64,000 bases of DNA from Escherichia coli (GTDB taxonomy: Bacteria > Pseudomonadota > Gammaproteobacteria > Enterobacterales > Enterobacteriaceae), in the NCBI RefSeq assembly GCF_045037415.1, contig NZ_CP173438.1. The stretch is one strand, 5' to 3'. The position numbers were made by a program, and so were the translations under genes. Positions 11,490-23,091 of this stretch are shown piece after piece. The notes beneath the pieces are model-generated. The model saw nothing but the letters and a program-made list of their open reading frames with translations. It did not search any database and was not told the DNA's origin. Every line of letters begins with the position of its first letter. Position 1 is the first letter of the stretch.

Positions 11490-11618
11490 TGGTACTCCTT
11501 AATGATGCGCTATTTTGCAGATGACTAACAAAGTGTTGGTTTTCATGCCTGATAAACCCAGTACATCAGGCAATTTTACCGTTGTCAGCAGTCTCTGTTT
11601 AAATCGACTATTTTGCGA

Positions 11619-13526
11619 TCAGCCACCATTTTTTAACGCTTCAAGATACTCCCAGCGTTCAAAGGCTTGCTCCAGCTCCTGCTCTGCAGCAGCCATATCA
11701 GCGAGTACTTTTTGCGTCTGCTCATGCGGCTGACTGAAGAAGGAAGCATCCGCCACTTGCGTCTGTAAAGCTTCCAGCTTCGCCTCCAGATCTTCAAGCA
11801 ATTGCGGTAGCAGCTCCAGTTCACGCTGCAATTTATAGCTTAGTTTGCTACTGCTGCGTTTTACAGTTTCTGCTTTTGGCGCGGCGGCTTCTTCGCTTTT
11901 TTTCACCGCAGGCTGTTTGAGCGCCACATACTGTTCTTGCTGACCACGGGCATCATGATAACCGCCGACATAACGACCAATTTTACCGCCGCCTTCGAAG
12001 ATCCAGCATTCTGTAACGGTGTTATCGACAAACTGACGATCGTGGCTAACCAGCAATACCGTGCCCTGATAGCTGTCGATCAGTTCTTCCAGCAGTTCCA
12101 GCGTTTCGACATCAAGATCGTTGGTCGGTTCGTCAAGAATCAATAAGTTGCTTGGTTTGAGGAACAAACGCGCCAACAACAAGCGGTTACGCTCACCGCC
12201 AGAAAGCGCACGTACCGGCGTCATCGCCCGTTTTGGATGGAACAGGAAGTCCTGCAAATAGCCCAATACGTGGCGTGGCTTGCCGTTAACCATCACCTCT
12301 TGCTTACCTTCGGCAAGGTTATCCATCACCGTTTTATCGGGATCCAGTTCCGCGCGGTGCTGATCGAAATAAGCCACTTCCAGTTTGGTGCCAACGTGAA
12401 TACGCCCGCTGTCTGCTTGAAGCTGACCGAGCATTAGTTTCAGCAGCGTGGTTTTGCCGCACCCATTCGGACCAATCAGGGCAATTTTGTCGCCGCGTAG
12501 AACCTGGGCAGAAAAATCTTTCACCAGTTGCTTACCGTCAACCTGGTAGCAAACGTCCTCCATTTCGAAAACGATCTTACCGGAGCGGCTGGCTTCTTCC
12601 ACCTGCATCTTTGCGGTACCCATCACTTCGCGACGTTCACCACGCTCACGACGCATTGCTTTCAGGGCGCGTACGCGGCCTTCATTACGGGTACGACGTG
12701 CTTTGATCCCCTGGCGGATCCACACCTCTTCCTGCGCCAGTTTGCGATCGAACTCGGCATTTTGTAATTCTTCCACGCGCAGGGCTTCTTCTTTTTCCAG
12801 CAGGTACTGGTCGTAATTCCCTGGATAGGTCACCAGCTTGCCGCGATCGAGATCAACAATGCGCGTCGCCATATTGCGGATAAACGAACGGTCGTGGGAA
12901 ATGAAAATAATTGTCCCATTGAAGGTTTTGAGGAACCCTTCCAGCCAGTCGATGGTTTCAATATCCAGGTGGTTAGTCGGTTCGTCGAGCAGCAATACGC
13001 GCGGATTGCTCACCAGCGCGCGTCCTAATGCCGCTTTACGCAACCAGCCACCGGAAAGCGACGACAGCGCAACATTAGGATCTAATCCCAGTTGCGCCAG
13101 CACTTCGTTGATGCGGTTTTCCAGCTGCCACAGGTTGTGGTGATCCAGCTGTTCCTGAACCTTCGCCAGTTCGTTGAGATTTTTCTCGCTCGGGTCGTTC
13201 ATCACCAGGCGCGAAATATCGTGATAGCGTTTCAGGTATTCCGCTTGTTCTTCAATGCCTTCGGCAACGAAATCATAAACGCTACCCTCAACGTTACGCG
13301 GCGGATCCTGTTGCAGACGAGCTACAATCAAATCTTGCTCGTAAATAATGCGACCGTCATCCAGCCCCTGTTCACGGTTGAGGATCTTCATTAACGTCGA
13401 TTTGCCTGCGCCGTTACGACCCACCAGACAAACACGTTCGTTATCTTCGATATGCAGTTCTGCGTTATCGAGAAGCGGCGCGTCGCTGAACGACAGCCAT
13501 GCGCCATGCATACTGATTAATGACAT
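11619..13526 (-). CDS. uup: ABC-F family ATPase Uup, 635 aa
   Basis: Two ABC cassettes (Walker A GRNGAGKST and GPNGCGKTT) and C-terminal coiled coil. Confidence 0.92.
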   Translation of the reverse strand: MSLISMHGAWLSFSDAPLLDNAELHIEDNERVCLVGRNGAGKSTLMKILNREQGLDDGRIIYEQDLIVARLQQDPPRNVEGSVYDFVAEGIEEQAEYLKRYHDISRLVMNDPSEKNLNELAKVQEQLDHHNLWQLENRINEVLAQLGLDPNVALSSLSGGWLRKAALGRALVSNPRVLLLDEPTNHLDIETIDWLEGFLKTFNGTIIFISHDRSFIRNMATRIVDLDRGKLVTYPGNYDQYLLEKEEALRVEELQNAEFDRKLAQEEVWIRQGIKARRTRNEGRVRALKAMRRERGERREVMGTAKMQVEEASRSGKIVFEMEDVCYQVDGKQLVKDFSAQVLRGDKIALIGPNGCGKTTLLKLMLGQLQADSGRIHVGTKLEVAYFDQHRAELDPDKTVMDNLAEGKQEVMVNGKPRHVLGYLQDFLFHPKRAMTPVRALSGGERNRLLLARLFLKPSNLLILDEPTNDLDVETLELLEELIDSYQGTVLLVSHDRQFVDNTVTECWIFEGGGKIGRYVGGYHDARGQQEQYVALKQPAVKKSEEAAAPKAETVKRSSSKLSYKLQRELELLPQLLEDLEAKLEALQTQVADASFFSQPHEQTQKVLADMAAAEQELEQAFERWEYLEALKNGG

Positions 13527-13537
13527 TACTATTCCTT

Positions 13538-15646
13538 TCAGGCTGCGGTAATCAGCCAGCAGTTGTGGATCTGGCGGTTACGGGCGAAATCCTGGGAGAG
13601 CGTTTTTTGCGTAATTTCTTGTGCTTTCAGTCCCAGTTTCGCCAGGCCGTCGAGATCCATACGGAAGCCGCGTTTGTTGTTCGAGAACATGATCGTCCCA
13701 CCTGCACGCAGCAGACGTTTCAAATCTTTCATCAGCGCCAGATGATCGCGCTGAACATCAAACGCATCTTCCATTCGTTTTGAGTTAGAGAAGGTTGGCG
13801 GATCGATAAAGATCAGATCGAACTGTTCATTTGCCTCACGCAGCCACGCCAGGCAATCGGCCTGAATCAGGCGATGCGCACGCCCGGTTAGGCCATTCAG
13901 ACGCAGGTTGCGTTCTGCCCACTCCAGATAAGTACGCGACATATCCACGGTGGTGGTGCTGCGCGCGCCGCCTAATCCCGCATGCACGGTGGCGCTACCG
14001 GTATAGGAGAACAGGTTGAGGAAATCTTTGCCTTTGCTCATCTGACCGAGCATACGACGGGCGATACGGTGATCGAGGAACAGACCGGTATCGAGGTAAT
14101 CCGTCAAGTTCACCCACAAGTGAGCGTTATATTCGGTAACTTCAAGAAACTCGCCCTTCTCGCCCAGTTTCTGGTACTGATTTTTGCCCTTCTGGCGTTC
14201 ACGGGTTTTCAGCACCAGTTTGTTTGGCGCAATCCCCAGTACCGAAATGGTTGCAGCGATAATATCGAACAGACGCTGACGCGCTTTGTGCGCATCAATA
14301 GTTTTTGGCGGCGCATACTCCTGCACCACCACCCAGTCGGCATAACGGTCAACGGCAACGTTATATTCCGGCAGATCGGCATCATACAGGCGATAACATT
14401 CAATCCCTTCCTGACGTGCCCACTTCTCGAATTTTTTGAGGTTCTTACGCAGGCGGTTGGCGTAGTCTTCCGCTACCATTGCCGGTTTGCTGTCTGGTGT
14501 GCTTTCGGCAACGTGGTAGTTTTTCTGTACGCAGTCCAGCGGGCCGTTTTTCGCCTTGTACTGTTTGTCTGCACGCAGCTGCAGGCAGCTTAGCAGATCC
14601 GGCGAGGCACTAAACAAAGAGAGATTCCAGCCACCGAACTGGTTTTTCATGATTCGGCCCAGCAGACTATGCAGCGCAATCAGCGCCGGTTCGCTGTCCA
14701 GACGTTCACCGTATGGCGGGTTGCTCAACACTGTACCGTACGGCCCTTTCGGCAGCGGATTGGTCAGTTGCGCGACATCTTTCACCTCAAAGGTGATCAG
14801 TTCACCAATCCCCGCAAGACGGGCGTTAGTGCGCGCACGTTGAATCACCCGGGCGTCGCTGTCCGAACCGTAAAAATGAGAGCTATACTCTGCCAGGCCT
14901 TTACGGGCGCGAGTTTGCGCTTCCGCTTTCACTTCCTGCCAGATAGCTTCATCATGCTGCGCCCAGCCGCTAAAGCCCCAACGGCCACGGTGCAAGCCCG
15001 GTGCGCGGTCGGTCGCCAGCATCGCTGCTTCAATCAGCAACGTACCAGAACCACACATTGGATCGAGCAGTGGTGTTCCTGGCTGCCAGCCGGATCGCAT
15101 CACAATCGCGGCTGCCAGGGTTTCTTTGATCGGTGCAATACCAGCACGATCACGATAGCCACGCAGATGCAAGCCATCACCACTGAGATCAAGGGCGATA
15201 TTGGCGGTTTCTTTATGCAGCCAGACGTTAACGCGAATATCCGGCGCATCGCGATCAACATTGGGACGTGGCAGATTTTTCCGCGTGAAAGCATCGACGA
15301 TCGCGTCTTTCACTTTCATCGCGCCGTACTGGCTGTTGCGAATGGTGTCATTTAAACCACTGAAATGGACAGCGAAGGTCGCGCCAGGATTAAACATCTC
15401 TGTCCAGTTGATCGCCTGAACGCCGAGATAGAGGTCTAAATCACTGTAAACCTTACACTCGCCCAGCGGCAACATAATACGCGAGGCCAGGCGGCTCCAC
15501 ATCAGGCTCTGGTAAACAAGCCGTGTGTCGCCCTTGAAATGGACCCCACCCTGAACCACCTGGCATTCAACGGCCCCCAGGTTTTCCAGTTCAGTTTTTA
15601 ACAGCTCTTCCAGCCCACGGGCCGTACTGGCAAACAGAGAATTCAT
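13538..15646 (-). CDS. rlmL: Bifunctional 23S rRNA methyltransferase RlmKL (RlmL), 702 aa
   Basis: 702-aa ORF recognised as RlmL (YcbY); synteny. Confidence 0.9.
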   Translation of the reverse strand: MNSLFASTARGLEELLKTELENLGAVECQVVQGGVHFKGDTRLVYQSLMWSRLASRIMLPLGECKVYSDLDLYLGVQAINWTEMFNPGATFAVHFSGLNDTIRNSQYGAMKVKDAIVDAFTRKNLPRPNVDRDAPDIRVNVWLHKETANIALDLSGDGLHLRGYRDRAGIAPIKETLAAAIVMRSGWQPGTPLLDPMCGSGTLLIEAAMLATDRAPGLHRGRWGFSGWAQHDEAIWQEVKAEAQTRARKGLAEYSSHFYGSDSDARVIQRARTNARLAGIGELITFEVKDVAQLTNPLPKGPYGTVLSNPPYGERLDSEPALIALHSLLGRIMKNQFGGWNLSLFSASPDLLSCLQLRADKQYKAKNGPLDCVQKNYHVAESTPDSKPAMVAEDYANRLRKNLKKFEKWARQEGIECYRLYDADLPEYNVAVDRYADWVVVQEYAPPKTIDAHKARQRLFDIIAATISVLGIAPNKLVLKTRERQKGKNQYQKLGEKGEFLEVTEYNAHLWVNLTDYLDTGLFLDHRIARRMLGQMSKGKDFLNLFSYTGSATVHAGLGGARSTTTVDMSRTYLEWAERNLRLNGLTGRAHRLIQADCLAWLREANEQFDLIFIDPPTFSNSKRMEDAFDVQRDHLALMKDLKRLLRAGGTIMFSNNKRGFRMDLDGLAKLGLKAQEITQKTLSQDFARNRQIHNCWLITAA

Positions 15647-15743
15647 ATCGTCACTTTTACTCTAAGAAAATTGTTGCGCATTATAGCTAATAAGCGCGTC
15701 ATGTCATAAAGTTGAGGGCTTATTTTCATTTGAGGACCGCACC

Positions 15744-16853
15744 GTGGCGACATTAACCCGGCTTTTTATTCATCCTGTTAAATCGATGCGCGGCATTGGT
15801 CTTACACATACCCTGGCAGATGTCAGTGGTCTGGCCTTCGATCGCATCTTTATGATCACGGAACCTGACGGTACGTTTATTACCGCTCGCCAGTTTCCGC
15901 TAATGGTACGGTTTACTCCTTCACCCGTGCATGATGGCTTGCATCTCACCGCACCAGATGGCAGTAGCGCATATGTTCGTTTTGCTGATTTCGCCACACA
16001 AGACGCACCAACCGAAGTTTGGGGCACACATTTTACCGCGCGAATTGCGCCAGATGCGATCAACAAATGGCTAAGTGGATTTTTCTCCCGCGAAGTGCAA
16101 TTACGCTGGGTGGGGCCACAAATGACCCGGCGCGTGAAACGCCACAACACTGTACCCCTGTCATTTGCTGATGGCTATCCTTACCTTCTTGCTAACGAGG
16201 CCTCGTTACGTGCTCTCCAACAACGTTGTCCGGCCAGTGTAAAAATGGAGCAATTCCGCCCCAATCTGGTGGTTTCCGGTGCATCGGCCTGGGAAGAAGA
16301 TAGCTGGAAAGTGATTCGCATTGGTGATGTCGTGTTTGATGTGGTTAAGCCTTGTAGCCGCTGTATTTTCACCACCGTCAGCCCAGAAAAAGGGCAAAAA
16401 CATCCGGCAGACGAACCATTAAAAACGCTGCAATCTTTCCGTACTGCCCAGGATAACGGCGATGTCGATTTTGGTCAGAATTTAATTGCCCGTAATAGCG
16501 GCGTGATTCGCGTTGGCGATGAGGTGGAAATTCTGGCAACGGCTCCAGCTAAAATTTACGGCGCAGGTGCCGCTGATGATACTGCCAACATCACGCAACA
16601 ACCGGACGCAAACGTAGATATTGACTGGCAGGGACAGGCATTTCGTGGAAATAACCAACAGGTGCTGCTGGAGCAATTAGAAAATCAGGGAATTCGTATC
16701 CCTTATTCTTGCCGCGCAGGCATTTGTGGAAGTTGCCGTGTTCAGCTTTTAGAAGGCGAAGTCACGCCGCTAAAAAAATCAGCAACAGGCGATGATGGCA
16801 CTATTCTTTGCTGTAGTTGTGTACCGAAGACTGCGCTTAAGCTGGCGCGTTAG
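15744..16853 (+). CDS. ycbX: MOSC / 2Fe-2S ferredoxin domain protein YcbX, 369 aa
   Basis: C-terminal ferredoxin-type Cys cluster; synteny. Confidence 0.88.
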   Translation: MATLTRLFIHPVKSMRGIGLTHTLADVSGLAFDRIFMITEPDGTFITARQFPLMVRFTPSPVHDGLHLTAPDGSSAYVRFADFATQDAPTEVWGTHFTARIAPDAINKWLSGFFSREVQLRWVGPQMTRRVKRHNTVPLSFADGYPYLLANEASLRALQQRCPASVKMEQFRPNLVVSGASAWEEDSWKVIRIGDVVFDVVKPCSRCIFTTVSPEKGQKHPADEPLKTLQSFRTAQDNGDVDFGQNLIARNSGVIRVGDEVEILATAPAKIYGAGAADDTANITQQPDANVDIDWQGQAFRGNNQQVLLEQLENQGIRIPYSCRAGICGSCRVQLLEGEVTPLKKSATGDDGTILCCSCVPKTALKLAR

Positions 16854-17392
16854 ACTGCCTGTTCGAGGCTGAAGCTGTCAACATTAACCTGCGGTTTCAG
16901 CCTGTCGTTCATGATTTTAATGGCGTCGCCCAACTGCATCGCGCGACCCGCAATAACAACGCAGGGTTGTGCCAGTAGACATAGCGCGGCATTCTCGCCA
17001 GATTCAACGACCAGTAAATTCACTTGCTCGTGAGTGTCGCTCAACCAAACGTAGGCCGCATCGCCCGGCATGGGCATCCACATTTCACCATGAGATACAA
17101 AATGCCAGCTTTTCGGCATTTGCGGTTTGAGATAACGAATTGCTACCAGTGCATTCAGCACCAGTTCGGCTTTTTGTTCTTTAGATAAATTAAAATCGCG
17201 GCACTTTTCTTCAAAAGAGAAATAGAGCGCGGCGTCATCAACGCAAAAACCTGCGGGAGAAAAGGCATCTGGAGTCAACATTTTGCGCGCAAAACGTGAG
17301 CGAAATAGCATACCATTGGCTAAATCGAGCATCATTCGATCGTGCTCTTCATCGTAATACCAACGCCAGTTATCGTCTGGTTTAATTCGCAT
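16850..17392 (-). CDS. zapC: Cell division protein ZapC, 180 aa
   Basis: Translation from [16 protein letters not shown]; track ORF extends 12 codons upstream. Confidence 0.85.
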   Translation of the reverse strand: MRIKPDDNWRWYYDEEHDRMMLDLANGMLFRSRFARKMLTPDAFSPAGFCVDDAALYFSFEEKCRDFNLSKEQKAELVLNALVAIRYLKPQMPKSWHFVSHGEMWMPMPGDAAYVWLSDTHEQVNLLVVESGENAALCLLAQPCVVIAGRAMQLGDAIKIMNDRLKPQVNVDSFSLEQAV

Positions 17393-17565
17393 CTGCCACT
17401 CCCCAACCTTATAAAACCGCAGCGACACAATCCATTGTCGCTTCGCTTAATAACCTCAACAATAAAAGTACAAAATGTCTAAATAAGCAACAGCGATGAA
17501 TATAAAACAACCAGGGCTGAAAATAAAGCCCTGATTATCTTATAAAGAGGAATTTGAAGAAATAA

Positions 17566-18576
17566 TTAGATATGGGTAACGATTTCTTTAATCAGCGGCG
17601 GACCTTTAAAAATAAAACCAGAATAAATTTGCACCAGTGAGGCACCCGCAGCAATCTTTTCACGCGCAGCGATAACCGAGTCAATGCCGCCAACACCAAT
17701 AATCGGCAAGCGTCCGTTTAATTCCTGTGACAAGCGGCGAATAATTTCGGTGCTTTTTAACTGAAGCGGACGACCACTTAAGCCACCGGTTTGATCACAA
17801 TTTTTCATTCCCTGAACCAGAGAACGATCGAGTGTGGTATTGGTTGCAATAACGCCATCAATATTATGGCGAACTAAACTATCGGCAACCTGGATCAATT
17901 CTTCTTCAGAAAGATCCGGCGCGATCTTCACTGCGATCGGCACATATTTATGGTGCATCACTTGCAAATCATTTTGTTTATTTTTAATCGCAGTTAAGAG
18001 ATCATCCAGCGCTTCACCATATTGCAGTGTGCGTAATCCTGGGGTATTTGGCGATGAAATATTGATGGCGATATATCCCGCATAGGCATAGATTTTTTCC
18101 ATACAAATCAGATAGTCATCTTTACCCTGCTCCACCGGCGTATCTTTATTTTTGCCGATGTTAATACCCAGAACGCCGTCATAATGGGCTTTTTTTACGT
18201 TCTCTACGAGGTTATCAACGCCAAGATTATTAAAGCCCATACGGTTGATCAAACCTTCGGCATCTACCAGACGAAAGAGACGCGGCTTGTCATTACCTGG
18301 CTGGGGACGTGGCGTGACGGTACCGATCTCGATGGATCCAAATCCCATCGCGCCTAACGCGTCAATGCACTCCCCGTCTTTATCAAGACCGGCTGCCAGA
18401 CCAAGCGGATTTTTAAACGTCAGGCCCATGCAGTTAACAGGTTTCGCAGGCACTTTCTGCCGCACCAGTGCTTCAAACGGCGTTCCTGTAATACGGCGTA
18501 ATTGCTGAAAAGTAAACTCATGAGCGCGCTCTGGATCGAGCTGGAAAAGGGCTTTACGAACGAAGGGGTAGTACAT
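17566..18576 (-). CDS. pyrD: Dihydroorotate dehydrogenase (quinone) PyrD, 336 aa
   Basis: Translation from [21 protein letters not shown]; track ORF begins at an upstream TTG. Confidence 0.93.
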   Translation of the reverse strand: MYYPFVRKALFQLDPERAHEFTFQQLRRITGTPFEALVRQKVPAKPVNCMGLTFKNPLGLAAGLDKDGECIDALGAMGFGSIEIGTVTPRPQPGNDKPRLFRLVDAEGLINRMGFNNLGVDNLVENVKKAHYDGVLGINIGKNKDTPVEQGKDDYLICMEKIYAYAGYIAINISSPNTPGLRTLQYGEALDDLLTAIKNKQNDLQVMHHKYVPIAVKIAPDLSEEELIQVADSLVRHNIDGVIATNTTLDRSLVQGMKNCDQTGGLSGRPLQLKSTEIIRRLSQELNGRLPIIGVGGIDSVIAAREKIAAGASLVQIYSGFIFKGPPLIKEIVTHI

Positions 18577-18662
18577 GAACTCTCCTGGATTCCCGGTGTG
18601 CAAACCGGGGGCGTATTATGTGCGAGTTCGGACCAAAAGGGAATTGACCTGCGGCAATAAAT

Positions 18663-18677
18663 AGCAAACGTTTTCTT
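18663..18677. promoter_or_regulatory. Putative PurR box upstream of pyrD
   Basis: AGCAAACGTTTTCTT resembles the PurR operator consensus as recalled; pyrD is a known PurR target. Confidence 0.5.
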
Positions 18678-18812
18678 ATTGCGCTTTTTTTATGCTTTTT
18701 TTGGCTTTTCTTCCTCAGATAAATCATTTCGACTCGCGGACGCCCTCTGTCAGACTGACCGAATTGTTATCAATGTTAACAAAACAAGAACAATTGGTTA
18801 TAAGGAGAGAGT

Positions 18813-19388
18813 ATGCGTGTCATCACCCTGGCGGGTAGTCCTCGATTTCCTTCTCGCTCCAGCTCCTTGCTGGAATATGCGCGGGAAAAACTAAATGGCC
18901 TGGATGTAGAGGTTTATCACTGGAATTTGCAAAACTTCGTCCCGGAAGATCTGCTTTATGCTCGTTTCGATAGTCCGGCACTCAAGACCTTCACCGAACA
19001 GCTGCAACAGGCCGATGGGCTGATTGTCGCCACGCCTGTGTATAAAGCCGCCTATTCCGGTGCACTGAAAACCCTGCTCGACCTGCTGCCAGAACGTGCG
19101 TTGCAAGGCAAAGTGGTGCTGCCGCTGGCGACAGGCGGCACCGTGGCCCATCTGCTGGCGGTCGATTATGCCCTTAAGCCAGTTTTAAGTACGCTGAAAG
19201 CCCAGGAGATCCTGCACGGCGTGTTTGCCGATGACTCGCAAGTAATTGATTACCAACACAAACCCCAGTTCACGCCAAATCTGCAAACTCGTCTTGATAC
19301 CGCGCTAGAAACTTTCTGGCAGGCGTTGCACCGCCGCGATGTTCAGGTTCCTGACCTACTGTCTTTGCGAGGTAATGCCCATGCGTAA
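18813..19388 (+). CDS. ssuE: NADPH-dependent FMN reductase SsuE, 191 aa
   Basis: 191-aa ORF recognised as SsuE; first gene of ssuEADCB. Confidence 0.9.
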   Translation: MRVITLAGSPRFPSRSSSLLEYAREKLNGLDVEVYHWNLQNFVPEDLLYARFDSPALKTFTEQLQQADGLIVATPVYKAAYSGALKTLLDLLPERALQGKVVLPLATGGTVAHLLAVDYALKPVLSTLKAQEILHGVFADDSQVIDYQHKPQFTPNLQTRLDTALETFWQALHRRDVQVPDLLSLRGNAHA

Positions 19389-20340
19389 GATCATTAAACT
19401 GGTGCTGGCGGGTTTACTTAGCGTCTCTACGATTGCGGTTGCTGCAGAATCCTCGCCTGAAGCGTTACGTATAGGCTATCAAAAAGGCAGTATTGGTATG
19501 GTGCTGGCAAAAAGCCACCAGTTACTGGAAAAACGCTATCCGCAAACAAAAATCTCCTGGGTCGAGTTCCCCGCTGGCCCACAGATGCTGGAGGCGTTAA
19601 ACGTTGGCAGTATCGATCTCGGCAGTACCGGGGATATTCCGCCAATCTTTGCCCAGGCTGCCGGGGCTGATTTGGTATACGTGGGCGTCGAGCCACCGAA
19701 GCCCAAAGCCGAAGTGATTCTGGTGGCAGAAAACAGCCCGATCAAAACCGTAGCCGATCTTAAAGGTCACAAAGTTGCCTTTCAGAAAGGTTCCAGTTCG
19801 CACAATCTTTTACTGCGAGCCCTTCGCCAGGCCGGGCTTAAATTCACGGATATTCAGCCCACTTACCTGACGCCTGCCGATGCCCGCGCCGCGTTCCAGC
19901 AAGGTAACGTTGACGCCTGGGCTATCTGGGATCCCTACTACTCCGCTGCATTATTACAGGGCGGCGTGCGGGTGCTGAAAGACGGCACCGATCTCAATCA
20001 AACTGGATCGTTTTATCTGGCAGCTCGTCCGTATGCAGAAAAAAACGGCGCTTTTATTCAGGGTGTGCTGACAACCTTTAGTGAGGCCGATGCGTTAACC
20101 CGCAGCCAGCGCGAACAAAGCATCGCTTTACTGGCAAAAACGATGGGCTTACCGGCACCGGTTATTGCCTCGTATCTGGATCATCGTCCTCCCACCACCA
20201 TCAAACCGTTGAGCGCTGAAGTTGCCGCCTTACAGCAGCAAACGGCAGATCTGTTTTATGAAAACCGTCTGGTGCCGAAAAAAGTCGATATTCGCCAGCG
20301 CATCTGGCAGCCCACTCAACTGGAAGGAAAACAATTATGA
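19381..20340 (+). CDS. ssuA: Alkanesulfonate ABC transporter periplasmic binding protein SsuA, 319 aa
   Basis: Translation from [14 protein letters not shown] with signal peptide; overlaps the ssuE stop. Confidence 0.9.
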   Translation: MRKIIKLVLAGLLSVSTIAVAAESSPEALRIGYQKGSIGMVLAKSHQLLEKRYPQTKISWVEFPAGPQMLEALNVGSIDLGSTGDIPPIFAQAAGADLVYVGVEPPKPKAEVILVAENSPIKTVADLKGHKVAFQKGSSSHNLLLRALRQAGLKFTDIQPTYLTPADARAAFQQGNVDAWAIWDPYYSAALLQGGVRVLKDGTDLNQTGSFYLAARPYAEKNGAFIQGVLTTFSEADALTRSQREQSIALLAKTMGLPAPVIASYLDHRPPTTIKPLSAEVAALQQQTADLFYENRLVPKKVDIRQRIWQPTQLEGKQL

Positions 20341-21482
20341 GTCTGAATATGTTCTGGTTTTTACCGACCCACGGTGACGGGCATTATCTGGGAACGGAAG
20401 AAGGTTCACGTCCGGTTGATCACGGTTATCTGCAACAAATTGCGCAAGCGGCGGATCGTCTGGGCTATACCGGTGTGCTGATCCCGACGGGGCGATCGTG
20501 TGAAGATGCGTGGCTGGTGGCGGCGTCGATGATCCCGGTGACACAACGGCTGAAGTTTCTTGTCGCCCTGCGCCCCAGCGTAACCTCACCTACCGTTGCC
20601 GCCCGCCAGGCCGCCACGCTTGACCGTCTCTCTAACGGACGTGCGTTGTTTAACCTGGTCACAGGCAGCGATCCCCAAGAACTGGCAGGCGACGGCGTGT
20701 TCCTTGATCATAGCGAGCGTTACGAAGCCTCGGCAGAATTTACCCAGGTCTGGCGGCGGTTGTTGCTTGGCGAGACTGTGGATTTCAACGGCAAACATAT
20801 TCATGTACGCGGGGCCAAACTGCTCTTCCCGCCGATTCAACAGCCTTATCCTCCGCTTTACTTTGGCGGATCGTCAGATGTCGCCCAGGAGCTGGCGGCA
20901 GAACAAGTTGATCTCTACCTTACCTGGGGCGAACCACCGAAACTGGTAAAAGAGAAAATCGAACACGTGCGGGCGAAAGCTGCCGCGCATGGACGCAAAA
21001 TTCGTTTCGGTATTCGTCTGCATGTGATTGTTCGTGAAACCAACGACGAAGCGTGGCAGGCCGCCGAGCGGTTAATCTCGCATCTTGATGATGAAACTAT
21101 CGCCAAAGCACAGGCCTCATTCGCCCGAACGGATTCCGTAGGACAACAGCGAATGGCGGCGCTACATAACGGCAAGCGCGACAATCTGGAGATCAGCCCC
21201 AATTTATGGGCGGGTGTTGGCTTAGTGCGCGGCGGTGCCGGGACAGCGCTGGTGGGCGATGGTCCTACGGTCGCCGCGCGAATCAACGAATACGCTGCAC
21301 TTGGCATCGACAGTTTTGTGCTTTCGGGCTACCCGCATCTGGAAGAAGCGTATCGGGTCGGCGAGTTACTGTTCCCACATCTGGATGTCGCCATCCCGGA
21401 AATTCCCCAGCCACAACCGCTGAATCCACAAGGCGAAGCGGTGGCGAATGATTTTATCCCCCGTAACGTCGCGCAAAGCTAA
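20337..21482 (+). CDS. ssuD: FMNH2-dependent alkanesulfonate monooxygenase SsuD, 381 aa
   Basis: 381-aa ORF recognised as SsuD; synteny. Confidence 0.92.
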   Translation: MSLNMFWFLPTHGDGHYLGTEEGSRPVDHGYLQQIAQAADRLGYTGVLIPTGRSCEDAWLVAASMIPVTQRLKFLVALRPSVTSPTVAARQAATLDRLSNGRALFNLVTGSDPQELAGDGVFLDHSERYEASAEFTQVWRRLLLGETVDFNGKHIHVRGAKLLFPPIQQPYPPLYFGGSSDVAQELAAEQVDLYLTWGEPPKLVKEKIEHVRAKAAAHGRKIRFGIRLHVIVRETNDEAWQAAERLISHLDDETIAKAQASFARTDSVGQQRMAALHNGKRDNLEISPNLWAGVGLVRGGAGTALVGDGPTVAARINEYAALGIDSFVLSGYPHLEEAYRVGELLFPHLDVAIPEIPQPQPLNPQGEAVANDFIPRNVAQS

Positions 21483-21493
21483 GGAACACGATG

Positions 21494-22285
21494 ATGGCAA
21501 CGCCAGTGAAGAAGTGGTTATTGCGCGTTGCCCCCTGGTTTTTACCGGTGGGCATCGTGGCGGTGTGGCAACTGGCCTCCTCGGTTGGCTGGCTATCGAC
21601 GCGTATTTTGCCCTCACCGGAAGGAGTGGTGATGGCGTTCTGGACGCTCTCTGCCAGCGGCGAACTGTGGCAGCATCTGGCGATCAGCTCCTGGCGTGCA
21701 CTGATTGGTTTTTCAATTGGCGGATCGCTGGGATTAATTCTGGGGCTGATTAGCGGGCTGTCACGCTGGGGTGAGCGACTGCTGGATACCTCAATTCAGA
21801 TGTTGCGCAACGTGCCGCATCTGGCGCTGATCCCGCTGGTGATTTTGTGGTTTGGCATTGATGAATCCGCAAAAATCTTTCTGGTGGCGCTCGGTACGCT
21901 ATTCCCCATTTATATCAACACCTGGCATGGCATCCGTAATATCGACCGTGAGCTGGTGGAGATGGCACGTAGCTATGGATTATCCGGCATGCCGCTGTTT
22001 ATCCATGTGATCCTGCCTGGTGCCCTGCCCTCAATTATGGTCGGTGTGCGTTTTGCTTTGGGCCTGATGTGGCTGACGCTGATCGTTGCCGAAACTATTT
22101 CTGCCAATTCCGGCATTGGTTATCTGGCGATGAATGCGCGGGAGTTTCTGCAAACGGACGTGGTGGTAGTCGCCATTATTCTTTACGCCCTGCTCGGCAA
22201 ACTTGCTGACGTCAGCGCGCAGCTGTTAGAGCGTCTCTGGTTGCGCTGGAACCCGGCTTATCATTTGAAGGAGGCCACGGTATGA
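21494..22285 (+). CDS. ssuC: Alkanesulfonate ABC transporter permease SsuC, 263 aa
   Basis: Multi-TM permease; start placed at the second Met (MATPVKK), track ORF starts one codon earlier. Confidence 0.88.
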   Translation: MATPVKKWLLRVAPWFLPVGIVAVWQLASSVGWLSTRILPSPEGVVMAFWTLSASGELWQHLAISSWRALIGFSIGGSLGLILGLISGLSRWGERLLDTSIQMLRNVPHLALIPLVILWFGIDESAKIFLVALGTLFPIYINTWHGIRNIDRELVEMARSYGLSGMPLFIHVILPGALPSIMVGVRFALGLMWLTLIVAETISANSGIGYLAMNAREFLQTDVVVVAIILYALLGKLADVSAQLLERLWLRWNPAYHLKEATV

Positions 22286-23049
22286 ATACTGCTCGTCTGA
22301 ACCAGGGCACACCATTGTTGCTCAATGCAGTAAGCAAACATTACGCGGAAAATATCGTCCTGAACCAACTGGATTTACATATTCCAGCAGGTCAGTTTGT
22401 GGCGGTGGTGGGCCGCAGCGGTGGTGGCAAAAGTACCCTGCTGCGCCTGCTGGCAGGTCTGGAAACGCCAACCGCAGGCGACGTGTTAGCGGGCACCACA
22501 CCGCTGGCTGAGATTCAGGATGATACGCGAATGATGTTTCAGGACGCGCGTCTGCTGCCGTGGAAATCGGTGATTGATAACGTTGGGTTAGGCCTTAAAG
22601 GCCAGTGGCGCGATGCCGCGCGTCGGGCTCTGGCTGCGGTAGGACTGGAGAATCGCGCGGGGGAATGGCCTGCCGCACTTTCTGGCGGGCAGAAACAACG
22701 TGTGGCGCTGGCAAGGGCGCTGATTCATCGACCAGGTTTATTGTTGCTTGATGAACCACTCGGTGCGCTGGACGCTTTAACGCGACTCGAGATGCAGGAT
22801 TTGATTGTATCACTCTGGCAGGAGCACGGCTTTACCGTCTTGCTGGTGACGCATGATGTGAGCGAAGCGGTAGCGATGGCTGACCGGGTGTTGTTAATTG
22901 AAGAGGGAAAAATTGGTCTGGATTTGACGGTGGATATCCCCCGTCCGCGCCGGTTAGGGTCGGTACGATTAGCAGAGCTGGAAGCGGAAGTATTGCAGCG
23001 GGTGATGCAGCGTGGTGAATTTGAAACTCGCCTGAGAAAACAGGGGTAA
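22282..23049 (+). CDS. ssuB: Alkanesulfonate ABC transporter ATPase SsuB, 255 aa
   Basis: Walker [10 protein letters not shown]; synteny. Confidence 0.9.
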   Translation: MNTARLNQGTPLLLNAVSKHYAENIVLNQLDLHIPAGQFVAVVGRSGGGKSTLLRLLAGLETPTAGDVLAGTTPLAEIQDDTRMMFQDARLLPWKSVIDNVGLGLKGQWRDAARRALAAVGLENRAGEWPAALSGGQKQRVALARALIHRPGLLLLDEPLGALDALTRLEMQDLIVSLWQEHGFTVLLVTHDVSEAVAMADRVLLIEEGKIGLDLTVDIPRPRRLGSVRLAELEAEVLQRVMQRGEFETRLRKQG

Positions 23050-23091
23050 ATTCTCCGAATGGCGGCGCTATTGCCGCCATTCGGTTATTTA

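Noticed and set aside
14669-15355. 228-aa plus-strand ORF (and 13982..14593)
   Set aside because: Antisense to rlmL; no motifs and no room for a promoter or RBS.
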